A stretch of 64,000 bases of DNA from Camelus ferus (Eukaryota), in contig NC_045696.1 of the NCBI RefSeq assembly GCF_009834535.1, forward strand, positions 62,994,001 through 63,058,000, given 5' to 3'. The position numbers were made by a program, and so were the translations under genes. Below are positions 12,986 through 26,200 of this stretch, piece by piece. The first letter of the stretch is position 1; each line of letters starts with the position of its first letter. The notes beneath the pieces are model-generated. The model did not search any database. It was given only the letters and a program-made list of their open reading frames with translations, and was not told the origin of the DNA.

Positions 12986-14819
12986 TCTTATTTTGTGGTT
13001 GGCCTTATTTCTTTGATAACTATGTAAGTTTAAAAAGCTAAAGCTCTAAAAGATCTTAGAAACGAACAGAACATATATGTAAATTTTAAAAATATGTGCA
13101 GTATATTGTGTTTATGTATTTACATGAAATGCACTGAATATGTGCAGTCAAATTGTAACAATTCTACCTAACAAAACTGAAAACTGAAAAAAAGAGAGAA
13201 AAAAAATGGACAATCCTCGTATTGTCAAGCCGTGAATGCTCAGTCCTGCAACAAGAAATGGAATGATCATAAGGAATTTGTTACGTGTTCAACTGTCCTC
13301 TGTAAGAGTGAATTTATTAATAAGGGCTGGAGAGAGAACTCTGAAGCATCTGGCTTCCAATTCACAAAGAAAGAATTAAAGTGTCAATGGCACCAGAATG
13401 ACCTCGTGTCAGATAAGCACGGCTGCGGATCCAATCTTGGCAGGTAAACATCAGAAAGCCTGCGGAAAGGAGACATCTCTGCTTCTCCCTGCAGCTCCCA
13501 TCTGTGCTGATACACCATCATTTGGCTCCATTGCCTTTGATAGTGGGAACCCGGGACTGGAAGTCAGAGCCTGAGTGAAGAATCCAAAGTAATCGTCCTT
13601 GACATTGGCTGTCAGATTTTATTATCAGCAGTGAACCAAGGGCTCTTGCCTTTTCTGCCTGTGAAGCAGCCAGCCAGGCGAGGCAGAGAAGCTCTTAGCG
13701 TCCTACTGCTCTTCACGGATTAAGACGCTAGCAGATTCTGGGGGAGGTGGGGCTCTCCAGTGCTACTTGATGGAATCTGTTTTGTGACCCGGATAAAGAG
13801 TCAAAACTGCATCCATGTTCTCTGGTTGGATGGGCAGTTCCCATTTGGTAGGTGAAGAATGAAGTAGTTAATCAAATGCTAGTTAGATGCAACATCTCCC
13901 TGAGAGCCAGGGAGTGCTCATTCTGACCTTCATCCTGTACCAGATGCCCCAGCGGGGGCCTCCTACAGCCCCAGGATGAAGGTGCCATGGGCCACGGGGT
14001 TCCCAGCAGGAGCCCACTTGCCCCAATTCTAGGTCATCCGTGGGACCGCAGAACCCCTATTCACACAGCCTAGAGCCACCTCCAGGGCCTGAACTGGCCT
14101 CTTACTCAACCTGCAGAGGTCAGGGTGTGACTCAGACATGAAAAGAGAAGCGATGTGTTAAATTCTGTCTGTGGGTTGAACATCACGTTCCTTACCGTGC
14201 CCCCAACCCCAATGCTCCCAGTCAGGGGCTGACACCCTCCTGCTGCCAGCCCTTCCCTACCAGGGCCAGCAGGAGAATGGAGATTTCATCTCTAAATGAA
14301 TTTAACAGAATAGATTTTGACCTTAGGGTCACTAGGCTCAATGGAGGGTAATGGAGGTAACAAATGGGTTGAACACAAGAGGATTCAGTGACATCTGTAC
14401 AATGACCAGTGAGATCCTACCCCTTTCCCCACCCTGCTGCAGAACACCTGAGGCCAAGCTTGTGCCCCCCAGAAAGGAGCCAGACTCTGCTTTTCTGGAG
14501 AAATTGATCAGATGCCAAGAACAGACCTTGAGAAACTGGCATTTGGGGGTCCTTCAGTGAAAGGGCTGGCTTGTCCTCTGATTACCCATGCCACAGCGAC
14601 ACTCCCCAGGCAATAAGTTAGTGTTAAAATCACTCACCTGAAAATGCCCTCTATTCTTTTGCCCTCCTCCATCCATTGTACTCACAACCATACACCTCTG
14701 TGCTGTCTCTGCTATCCTCTGAAGTTCTTCTGGAAAGCTTGCCATCCTCCTTGGCAAGAGGACAATTGCGTGCATTGTCTTGTTCCTCAGATTTCATAAC
14801 TTTCACCCAATGACCTTGT

Positions 14820-15230
14820 CTCCTTTGCCTTTAACAGAAGCCAAAGGCTAGAAACACCCTTATCTCCCTGCCACCCTCCAAAGCCAGAGCCATGCCTGTA
14901 TCTGCACTAGCGTCTTCCCTCGGCTGAGTTGGACAAGTCACCCGTGCTCCCTGCTGGGGATCTCTTCTCACCACCTCTCACCTGCTCTAGAGCTTTGTTC
15001 TACAAAGAGCTCCTCTCTCAACACAACCTCAACCTCTCCCTGTCTGCTCAGTCATCCCTTCGACAAGCAGTATGCCAGCTTTAAATGCCATTCATTTCCT
15101 CCTTCGTCTCTGCCCAACTACTGCTCCATTTCTGTCCCTTTTCACATCAAGACTTATTGAAAACATTGACCACACCGACCATGTCCCTTTTCTCACTTCC
15201 CATTCACTCTGAAACTCACTTATTTAAAGT
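14820..15230 (+). mobile_element. L2 LINE fragment
   Basis: Pyrimidine-rich degraded L2-like sequence (ctctctcaacacaacctcaacctctccctgtctgct..., tttctcacttcccattcactc). Confidence 0.5.
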
Positions 15231-18200
15231 CTCTCTCAGGTTATTCTCTCATTGGTTATGGCCACTGATACTCCAGAATTGAGGTTCGTTTTTTTATGAG
15301 GTTTTGACTATTCTTTTAATGGCCACCCCATCTTCAGCAGGGGTTGCTGTCTGGGAGTGTTCTATGTGCCTTGGCTTATGAAGATGTCTCTCCAGGGGGG
15401 TCCTGTACTGGCCTCTGCTAGGGCCATTGGGTTTCACTGTCTCTGAACTGGTTTTAATGTGAATTTCTCAGTCTTGGGTTTTTGCCTGTCATGGACACAC
15501 GTGTGATATGGTATGAGTCTGGTTTTCCAATACCTTTCATGTCTCTTTCCCACCACATGGTCATCTTCCTCACCATTAACCAAGGGCTGTGTGTGCCATT
15601 TCTCCAGTTCACTCCAGGGACAGAGGGCTCTTCACTTACCGTGTCCTCCATTCCTACACCAGTAAATAGAGCCAAGGAGACCCCGTTGCTCCTTTAAGAT
15701 TTGACTGTAATAGGAGTGACAGAGCGCAGGATTATGTGCTGAAAACTTCGGAGTTGCACTGATCAATTTTTCCAGGAAAACGTGGTGGAAGAGTGGGAAA
15801 AAATAAAGCCAAATATATCAGTTGTTACACTAAATATACTTTTAAATTAAGCAAATTTTATGATTAAAATAGGAAATAATTATTTAATTTCTGATTACCC
15901 TGGCTTTCTTCCTCTCTCCCCTCACCCCCCTTTCTCCTTTCCGCCCCTGCTTCCTTCCTTTCTTCTTATTTTCCTTCCTTCTATTTTCCTTTTCTTCTCT
16001 TCTCTTTTCTTCTGTCTTTCCTCTTCCTCAGGCTCAGTGGTGTGACAGTAAACTATCTTGATTGGGATTATTTTTCTCTAACAAACCCTCTGCTTTCCTA
16101 AAAGCTCGAGGGCATATTTATAATTCATGCAAATCAGTTTCTTTAATCATTCAACCTTATCCTACACTTCCTTCCTCCTCTCCCTCCCTCCCTCCTTTTT
16201 TTCTTAACACAGAATAATCCCAAAACAAATGAATAACAAGCCAAATAAACTATTTATTTATTTTGAGATGCAAAAAAAAATCACTGATTACGACATGTGG
16301 TCATCCTGTGTCCCTCTTCTCACACCCCATTAGCCTGGGGTGGGGCTTCCTCTCCTTCGGTTTCTGTCACAGGACACATTTTGGCTACATTTTAAGGGCC
16401 TCAGATGAAAGTGTCCCGAGTTTTTCTTCAGGGTGAATTTCCCATCAAGTATTCCGTTTGGGAAAGAAACAGCTCTTCCCCTGGGCACCTGAGTTTTAGA
16501 GCGCCCGGAGCTGCCCTCCTCCGTCCGGGGATCAGAGCACATTAAATTGCTGGGGACACAGCCACATCCCCTTCTCCACACGCTGCTTGAACAAGACTCC
16601 ATTTCCTCCAACCTCCCACCTCCCCCAGCGTTTAATATTATTTCTCTTCAGGAAATAATCCCTGCTTCCTTCTTCATCAACATGTCATGGCTTTGTCCCC
16701 AGGGATAATATATAAAACACCCCGATGAAAGCCGGAAGGGACAGAGAATTCTTGGCTCTTTTAAAGCCTTTCCTAAAAGGCTATGAGAAGGCAGGGCCCT
16801 CCTTGAGGGGCTGGGTTGTGGACACCATGGTGGGAATTTTCCATCCAGTAGGTGTGAGGCTCCCAAGGACACATCCCTGAGTATGTGGGGAGTGGCTATT
16901 GCCACCTCCCAAGTCACATGCAGAGTACTATCTTCTCTAAACCAAGAATTATGGATATGACCTGCATGTCCGGCCATCCCACCTTCTGGTTTTATCGGGG
17001 GAGCACTGACGCCAGAGAGGGAACCTGACTGCAGAGTCAGGCGGGACTCAGCCGCCCAGCCTCTCCCGACAGAGCTCGCCTGTGTCATCTGCATTATTTC
17101 CGGATTCTGGACCCAAGACCACCCAGAACATTTTGCTGTTGCCCCCATATCTCACAGAACGTGTGGAAACAAAACGTGTTTTCATGTGCTTGGTTTGCAC
17201 GTGCACCTGCCTGCCTCCACCTCCTCCACAAGTAGTTTCAGGAAGGGGTGGGAGGGTGGATTACAAAATCAAATAAGCCATTAGCAGGTATTACAACTCC
17301 CCAAAGTTTGGTCATCCTTAATCTATGTGTCCTATGATGAAAGAGAAGAATGGAGGAAACCAAAAATTTTGTGGGTAGAGACAGGGATTGAAATCATGTT
17401 TCACCAAACACCATTTTAAGGAATGTATTCCAAAAAAACAGATTAAATTAAGGAGAGTAATTATTTACATTGCTCTCCTTATCTAAGAATGCCTTTGGAA
17501 ATTGACATGGCCCAGTGCTGGGAGCCTGGACCAGATTTCCACTGTCTCGCTAGTTACATAAGCTTGGTAAGCCCTGTATTCCTCATTAGTAAAATAAAGC
17601 TATTTATAGCTTTCTCATATGGTCAAAGCCAGGACATTGGGTTGTAACTCGGCACCGGTGAGGGCCCTGGTCACTTTTAGTGAGCTAAGATCATAGGCCA
17701 GATAGGGCCAGGCTCCATCATCATCAGAGGACAGCTCAGGCTGCCTGGCCTTGAGAGTCTAAGGCAGTCTTGGGTGAGCCTTGTCCAGGCAACATAAAGG
17801 AGACCCATGGAGGACATAGGAGGCTGGACCAAGCTGCAACTCTCCCCCTGCAGGAATGCTCACCAAGGGCGAATTAACAGCCATAGCTGTGGGATATCCC
17901 TGACAACTGTTCCCAAAGCCTCTGCTTAAATTTCCCAGCATGGGGAATTCACCACCTCCCAAAGCAGCCTGTACCGTGACTCTTGCTTTCCGTGATTTGA
18001 AACATGCTACCTTCTCTCCCTCTGGGCTCTCCAGGAGTAAGCCTGCCCCTCGTCCACACATTGGACGGCCATTCAGACATCTGAAGACAGTTCCTACGCC
18101 TCCCCTAGTCTGTTCTGTTCCAGGATCCTTCTTCCTCCAGCTGCTCCTAATGTAACCTCATTTCAAGCATGAATAAAATAAGAGCTGGGTGTGCCCCCAT

Positions 18201-18756
18201 CTGGCATCTGTTATGAATCTGGTGAAACTGCCATTACTAATTAGCGCCCATCTTGAGTGAGGGATGGTGACGTCAGCTTCAATGAAGAATGGGCCTCTGC
18301 TGATGCTCCCAGTGACTGGTCCTGCATCCTTGGTCAAGGGCTGCAGCTCTAGGATCCAGCGAGTGTCAGGAGGGCCTGGGTTCTGACAGGTCATCTCCAG
18401 CACAGTCCACACAGGAAGTGAAGTAAGAACTAGAGAAATCTTGTGTTTCTACCCCTTCCTTCCTTCTCTTCTTCCTCCCTCCTTCCCTCCACCACAGTCA
18501 CTCTGAACTCCCCCAGCTCCCTTCTGAGGCCCAGCTGGCACCCTGTCTTTGCTTCCTCAGATAAATCCTGAGGCTTAACTTGTACCCCACCCCACCCACT
18601 CACTCAATGGCCACCACGACCACTTTACCCTGGGATTCTGACCTTCTCCAGCCTGTCTCCTGCCCCCACCATTTTTATCCACCTGTCTCTGTGCAAACAC
18701 ACAGGCTCTGAGGCCTAAAGGACATAACTGCTCAGCCCCTCAAGAAACTGTCAGCA

Positions 18757-18882
18757 TGGGAGGAATATAGCCAATAACTACATAATATCTCTGTAGGATG
18801 ACAGTTCATAACTAGACTTACCGTGGTGCTCATTTTGAGATGTATAGAAATATCGAATCACTATGTTGTTAAAAAAAAAAAA
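18757..18882 (+). mobile_element. Short L1 3' fragment with A12 tail
   Basis: aatatagccaataa...actagacttaccgtggtgctcattttg...tatcgaatcactatgttgt then poly(A). TSD-like aactgtcagca / aatgtcagga. Confidence 0.8.
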
Positions 18883-19257
18883 TGTCAGGAAGGCATCCCA
18901 GTTCTAGAAAAATCTGTTTCCAGATGCCCTTCTGAGACAGAAAATGCTAACTCTATTGGGCTTCCATCCTCTTATTCCAAGGGGGGAATCCTCCCTGATT
19001 ACTCAAGTACTCGGGGTTAGAAGAATCTTAGAGGCAGGAAATGGCAACCGGGGGCCCTGGGAACATTCTGTACTGCAGGGTGGCCCGCCATTGTCAGGGC
19101 TCGGATCTGTGGCCATGAAAGCAGGGGGTAGATTGGAGTAGGGGACTCAAATGACCACAGGAGGACCAAGGCATCTTGAGCTGGTGGCTCCAACTCTCTA
19201 AGAAATTCAACCTCATGCTGATCTGGCTCAAGTTTACATATTTTACATGCCATTGTA

Positions 19258-19550
19258 CAGTGTGTGTGTGGTGTGTGTGGCGTGTGTGTGTGTGTGTGGT
19301 GTATGTGGTGTGATATATGTGATGTGTGTATGGTATGTGTGTTGTAGGTATATGTTATATGTGCAGTGTGTGTAAATGGTGTGTGTGTGGTGCGGTGTAT
19401 GTGTGTGGGGTGTGTGTATGGTGTGTAGTATGTGTGTGATGTGTGTGGTGTGTAGTGTGTATGTGTGTGTGTGATGTGGTGTGTGTGTGTGTGGTGTGGT
19501 GTGTGTGTGGTGTGGTGTTTGTGTGTGTGGTGTGTGTGTGGTGTGTGTGG
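19258..19550. repeat. Degenerate (TG)n/(TGG) low-complexity tract, ~290 bp
   Basis: gtgtgtgtggtgtgtgtgg... repeated with interruptions; explains the His/Thr- and Cys/Val-rich ORFs. Confidence 0.95.
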
Positions 19551-20814
19551 AGGGGTTGGTTATCAAAGGTGTAGACATGACTCCTCTCACTGTCCTTCAC
19601 AGACAGGAGAGACAGTGTCTCTTTTCTCAACCAAAGGCCTCACACAAGGTTAAAAAAATCCATTATCCCAGGATAGCTTATCATCCACATGCTTACTATT
19701 TTTGTCCAGAACAAAGAAGCTTTTTGGCTTAAAGAGAGCAATTTGTGTCTTAGAAAATTTTTGAATATATTTAAATAAAATATGTTGAACTTGGATTAAA
19801 AAAATTTTTTTGCAATATATCCCAACATTTGTTAGTAGAAAAAAGAATTCGTGTTGGAAGCTTGAAACTATTAGAGTGCTTGCTTTGCTGGACATTCTTT
19901 TATAGCTCTTATAAACTGGGAAATAAAACTGCAAGTTGAAATGGAATCACTGCTTCTGCCATATGCTTCTTGAGCAAACTGGGAATGAGGATGAGAGCTG
20001 GAAAGACACCTCTTCCTGTTATCTTCCCAGAAGCCATTTGCTGTTGAAAGAAAAACTGAGCCTCATGGAGCATAAATTCCATAATGTGATGGCAAATTTC
20101 CTTCCCTGTAACCATCTGTCAGAAGCACGCACATTCCAGAATTGGAAAATGACCTGGGCTGTTTCCTAAATGAGAGCAGATGTATCCAGGAAATGTGGAT
20201 GGGCCAGGCCCGTGTCCACGGACAGCTTCTTTCCAGGACGTGGGAGTGTGTCACAGAGAGCAGCCCATCGGGGTCCCGCGGGGAGCGCTGGGTGAGCACA
20301 TGTGCCTGGGGTGGGCCTATGTGTCTCCCCTGCGGTGAGTGGGCACAATTAATTGTATGTATGTAACACGTGTGTATATGTATTGGTGCCAATGCTTTAT
20401 GTTGATGCATGTGTTACTGCGTGAATTTACACAACAAATATGTGTTAGGCTCACCATATGTTATTACCAAATACTTCAGGCCAACTTTGAGTTTCTGCTT
20501 TCAAGATACTCACAGTCTACTTAACAACTGATAAAGAACATTCTAAGGGTGAGGAGCGGGCAGATGCATCAAGGCAGTGCCTGACACCTCCGGCTAGAGC
20601 AGTGGCGGTGGCGGGGGGGAGGACACGGGGGGGAGCACAAGAAAGCAGGGCTGGAGGTGGGCCAGTAGGGAGGAGGGAAGCAGCAGTGTCTGCCCGCTGA
20701 ATAGGAAATAGAAGAAGCCTTCCTGAAGCCTTTCATGATGTCTCCTTCCACTCTATGCCCACCATGCACTGTGGATTGTGTCCTGTCACTGTCACCTCCC
20801 CAGGGCAGGGATGA

Positions 20815-20902
20815 CATCTTTTATCTCTGAGCATAGCACAGGGAGGGCCTGGCCAGGACTGGGTGCCCAGGAAATGTTTGTCAAATGAATGAATGAATGA
20901 AT
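20815..20902 (+). mobile_element. L2 3' end
   Basis: gcatagcacagggagggcctgg...gtgcccaggaaatgtttgtcaaatgaatgaatgaatgaatg with the L2 (GAAT)n tail. Confidence 0.75.
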
Positions 20903-21824
20903 GGCGAGGAGCCTGACTCCAGGGGAGGTGGGTGTGGCCACTGTGCAGGAGCCAGAGAAGGAAATGCTGAGCCCACGTTGTGCTATCCAAGGTCATCCCA
21001 TCCCCAGACACCCGAGGACTGGTTTTACATTCTGTAGCCTAACAGGGGCTTTGCAAGAGCATAGATATTCCTTTATTTTCCCAATCCAAGAAATGGGGCT
21101 AATACCCATTTAGCAAGAGTGCCTTAAGGATCAGAGAAGGTAAAGGATGTGAATACGCCTTGAAAACTATAAACAACTGTTTGAACATGAAGGATGAGCA
21201 TCATCCAACGTCCTCGCTTGGCAGAAGCCTCTGTGCCAGTGGTTCAGAGAATTCCCAGTGTGGAAAGTTTGCACACAGCTGATATAACGGTGGCCCTGTC
21301 TGCCTGGCAGGGTCTCTGGAAAAATGGCAAGGCTGTACTTGCCTTGCCCGGTGAGCCATTCCTGTGGTCAGAGAGGAGGATGTGGGGGTTTCAGTCCAAC
21401 TCCTTAACTGACCCGAGGGCCCACCTGTCTATAAGCTTGGCGCCCTTTGCGTGCATGCAGTGAGGAGTTCTGCTGTCTCCACCTGTGGTTAGCAGCCTGC
21501 AGAGCCTTAAAAATAGCTCTGGGAAGATATTTTTAGTATATCATCCTGAGGCGTGGCTGGAGCCCATGGCCTCCTGTGACGCATGAAAATTGTTTTGGCT
21601 CTGTTTGCAAGTGATTCAGACAGCTGGCTTTGGACTTCGGAGGTGTAAAAATAAAAACAAGGTAGGGGAAGCTGGGTTCCAGCCACAGGGAACCCTCACC
21701 CCTACAACATCTGAATAATTGCTCATGAGAAAGTCTTATCTGAGCCTTGGTTCTCTGGAGATTAACAAATCACAGTCCTGCCTGGAGAGTTTGGGGCTGG
21801 CAAGTAGGACAAAGAGCAGAATAA

Positions 21825-21935
21825 CCCCATTTTACAGGTCAGAAACTGAGGCTGTGAGAGGTTACTTAATTCAAGCAAAGTCTCCTGATCGATATGTGGA
21901 GGACCACATTCAGATCCACACCTAATTTTAAAGCC
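21825..21935 (-). mobile_element. MIR SINE fragment
   Basis: ccccattttacaggtcagaaactgaggctgtgagaggtta, antisense MIR core. Confidence 0.75.
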
Positions 21936-23492
21936 CCTGCGTTCTTGCCAATTTCCCAACTATAAGACGGTTTCAGGGTCTACAAAGCGCTTTTATGAAC
22001 ATCATCTCATTTGACCCTCTATGAGGCAGAATATTGTTCCAAGTTTGCAGGTGAAGAGCTGAGGCTCAGAAAGCAAAGTGACGACCTACCATCTCACAAC
22101 TGATGAGCCCCCAGGACACACCAGGGTCCCTCTGACTCTAGATTCCTCACACCTGGTCAGTGTAGGATTCCACAGGAGGCTAAGGTGAATGACCAGTGGC
22201 ATTGTGGGGGAGAGGGCTAGGGACACAAATCCTGTGACACTGGATAGGCTAGTGCCCACTCTCCTGAGTGCCTCCTGGGGACAGGGAAGCAAGCGCAGAG
22301 AGACCCAGAGCTCAGCCTCTGTGGACGAGGCGGGCAGGACAGACCATGGGCTCATGCCCTGGCTGAGTGTCCTGCTGCTCCTTGGGGATCCTGGTGGGCA
22401 GCGCTCAGGAAAGCAGTGAGCACTGGGACCCGAGCCACACAGTGGTGGCCCAGTTGCTTCTGCTCCCAATACAGCTCCCAAGTGGCTATCCAGGCTGTCC
22501 TTTTAGTTATGGGGAGAACGAGTGTGTCCAGTCAGCTCTGGATGTCATGTGAGGAATGGCTAATAAACACCACTGACCTGTGTGGATCCATCACGCTCTC
22601 TGGGATCAGGGATGCAAGTAGACAAGACACCATGCGTGTGCAGCATCTCGTCATGCAGACCCCTAACAACACAGAAGTAGGAAAGGCAAAACCGCAAGAA
22701 ACCCTGTCATGTGGACCTACTTAATATTTGGCAACCATCACCTGCCCCAGGCATGTCTTCACACTTGTGAGAATGTGTACAGCTTTACATTAATGGGGAA
22801 ACCCTAACCTATACTGTATGCTATCCTTTGACTAGCTTTAAATAGTCAATTACAGGTCAACAAATACAGATCTGTATCATTTTAATGACTGCACCCCATT
22901 CCACTGAATGAATGCACCTTCCTTTATTTAATCAGTATTCTTCTGATTGCCATTCACATTGCGCTTCATATTTGGAGCATCTTTCACAATGCTTAAATCA
23001 CGCACCTCCACCAAAATGCACAAAAATACACACTTTAAATTCCTTAAAGGAGACTAAGCTTCCTTTGGCCCCCCTGTTATATTTCTGTTTAATGACAGAA
23101 GAAAAGGTAACAGTACAGATACAAGAGGAGAGCCTCTAGCCTGTGATTTCTCAGGCAACCTCCCCAGCTCCTTCACCTTTTTATGCTCAAGAGCTGTGGA
23201 CTGTCTTTGTAATTCTTATACAGTAACTAAACTGACTTGACGAAATGCCAGTTTTATTCTAGGGCCTTATCTTCCCTAGATGTCATGCATCGCAGCCATT
23301 CCAGCTACCAGAGCAACAGAGGAGAGACAGTCTTCTCTGCAAACTGCTGTAGTCCCTCGGCACACAGCTGAAGACCAGGTTCCCCGACTCAGCGCTCGCA
23401 GCGCACTGCACACAGCCTCTTGGACTCTGAGTTTGCCTCCCTTGCAAGCTCAGTTTTGAGGCCAAATACAGCACTGTATGTGAAAGCAATTC

Positions 23493-24251
23493 TTTTTTTT
23501 TTTTTAACACTTTTTTATCGAGTTATAGTCATTTTACAATGTTGTGTCAAATTCCAGTGTAGAGCACCATTTTTCAATTATACACAAACATACATATATT
23601 CATTGTCACATTTTTAAAGCCCAGAGCTTACACCTGGGTTGACTCTTTGTGTTGTACTTTTGGCAAATGAATAGTGTCATGTGTCCACCATTACTGTCAC
23701 ATACAGAATAGTTGTGCTGTCCTAAAATTCCCTTTACATCCACCTACTCTTCTTTCCTAAACTCCCCAGAAATCCTGGCAACCACTGGGCTTTGTACCAT
23801 ATCACTTTCCTAAATGTCTCTTTGTGACTTTATTGCTCATTTCTCTTTATTGGTGAATAATATTTTGTTGTATAGATGTATCATGGTTTATCCATTCACC
23901 AGTTGCAAGACGTCTTTTTTCAGCTTTATTCACATTAATATTGTATATATTTAGGTGGTACAGCGTGATCATGTGATATACATACACATGATGACATGAC
24001 CACCACAAGCAAGCTAATGACATATCCCTCACATCATATGATCTAGCCATCAGGCTTCTTGGTATCCATCCAAATGAGTTGAACACTTTTGTCCGTGCAA
24101 AAACCTGCAACAAATGTTAGTAGCAGCTTTATCCATAACTGCTAAAACTAGGAAGCAATTATATAGCACGGTGGCTATGCTTAATAATAATGTATTCTAT
24201 ACTGGAAATTTGCTCAAAGGATAGATAGCAAGTGTTTTCATGATGAGAGAA
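23493..24251 (-). mobile_element. Composite L1-derived retro-insertion (young L1 3' tail + L1MC-like and L1MA-like fragments), TSD-flanked
   Basis: Poly(T) plus antisense L1 tail (23493-~23615), antisense L1MC1-like piece (~23620-23910), antisense L1MA-like 3' end (~23915-24035) and sense L1 pieces (~24040-24245). Flanked by tgaaagcaattc-Tn (23481) / tgaaagtaattc-Tn (24252). Confidence 0.75.
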
Positions 24252-25457
24252 TGAAAGTAATTCTTTTTTTTTTAAGTTGCCAAAGGCTTTATGATACACA
24301 AAAACGTTATATCATTCATTATTCTGATTAGCCTGTGGTTCCGAACCTTTTTAATACAAGTCTGTCTTTTTAAAATGAAAAAAAAATTTCCTGAATCCTG
24401 ACGATGATCTATTAAGCACCAACTACATGTCTGGACTTGAGCGAAGTGCTAGGAGTACAGCCACAAGGCAGCCTTGAATTCACCTTTCCTAGAGCTGGCA
24501 TTTCTGGAACTGGGAGTCCTGCGTATCCCTTGTCGTGTCCATTGAGTAAGGAAAGGACAGGACACCTGGGATGAATTTAGAGCTACTTTTTAAAAGAATG
24601 TTTGTCTCATTAGTCACAATGGCAGTTCTGCTATACATTTGAAAAACAATCTATACTTGCAAGACGTAGTCATCATTTAGTCAGAGACTATGTTGGATGC
24701 ATAAATGGATTTATGAACACCTTGCAGTAATGTTAAGCCTTCCACCTATGGCCCTCCACTCCAGTCCAGGATTTTGCAATTCTGGACCTTGAGCTCTGGA
24801 AGGTTTTACCAAATTTCTAGACTCTGTACGCTCACTCATGGAATCTGACACCTCTTTCAGCTCTACCCAAGCCCTGATTCTGAGCCATTCTTTCACACAG
24901 CAATCTTTGAAATTCAGCAAATATCTCAGCTCTGTAGGGAAAGGACAGTGGAGTCTTCATGGAGAAGCCTCGGGATGCCAATTAGGAGGAAATAAAGGCA
25001 GGCGCTCCTCAGTCCCAGGGAGACGTCAGCAAGAGGTGTTGAAAATTGAGCTTCGAGGACTAAGTCCCATTGTGACCAAAGCAACCCTCGTTTCTAATTT
25101 TGTCCTTGATGCTATTAACAGATTTGAAAAGAGTCCTTCTGGACATGATAGTCTTCTGGCATCCCTTATAGGCACACAGAGAAATAAGAGTAATTCCTAA
25201 AGAAAACACGTATGAATCAGTACCATAGACCACAAAAGGTTGAAAAGGACCTCTAAGATTTGGGTGCCAGGGTTTTATGTGTAGGAAAACTGAAGTTCTG
25301 TGCTGAGAGGAGAAGTGACTTGCCTGAGTTTACAAGGAAATCAAAACTCACGACTACCTGCTAGAGTTTTTCTTACTGTGTCATCTGCTTTATCAAGATC
25401 ATCTCTGACGTCAAGGCCTAGGATTTATCTATCCCAGCAAATCTATTTATGGATAAA

Positions 25458-26200
25458 TTAATTCAACAAACACTTATTGAGTTCTTCCCTACTGTGTTCT
25501 GGGAACTGTACTAGCTACTGGGGATACAATAATGAATAGGAGAGAATCCAGTTCTCTGGGGTCTTACATTCTGGTTAGGGGAGCAGGCAGTTAGCATATA
25601 CTATGGTAATGGCCCAACAGAGGGGTACCAGGGGGCTCTGGGAACAATAGCAGTGTCTCCTAGTCCAGCTGCAGGGAAAGAGGTGATGGTGGTGAAGGAT
25701 GTTGAGTGTTCTGCCCTGGCGCCCTCAGGTGATGTATGAACAGGGTCCTCAAGACTGACTAGGAATTAAGGAGGGGAGGGCTGGGAGCTCAAGGCACTAG
25801 CGCAGCATGTTCAAATCCCCAAATCAAGTGCAAGCATGGGATATGAGTAGTTGGGGCATTGTGAAAAGGGAACAAGTGTTAAGGACTAAGGATGTAGCTA
25901 GAGTCAACAGGAGTCAAGAAGGGAGGATTCTATGGACTAGGTTAAAGAGGCTTGGATTTTATCCTGAGGTCTAGGGAAGCAATGGAGGGCCAATGGTGAC
26001 CCCATCTGATCTGTGATCTAAAAGATGGCTCTGGGTGCTAGGTAGAGAATGAATTAGAGGGGAACCAGAGGGGAGTCAGGAAGGCTGGTTGGAGAGCCAT
26101 GTGGTGCCCAGACAGGGGGTGATGGTGGCAGGGGGTGGAGAGAAGTGGATGTAACCAAGAGATATTTAGGAGGAAGAGTCAAAATGTCTTTGTGAGTTAT
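25458..26200 (-). mobile_element. L2 LINE fragment
   Basis: attcaacaaacacttattgag...gggatacaataatgaat...ttggattttatcctgagg...ggagagaagtggat, antisense L2 3' region. Confidence 0.8.

Noticed and set aside
16648..17148. 166-aa ORF and nearby tatataaaa/ccggaag motifs as a gene or promoter
   Set aside because: The peptide is not recognisable, the TATA-like motif is on the opposite strand, and there is no CpG island.
19243..19732. His/Thr-rich and Cys/Val-rich ORFs
   Set aside because: Translations of the (TG/CA)n tract.
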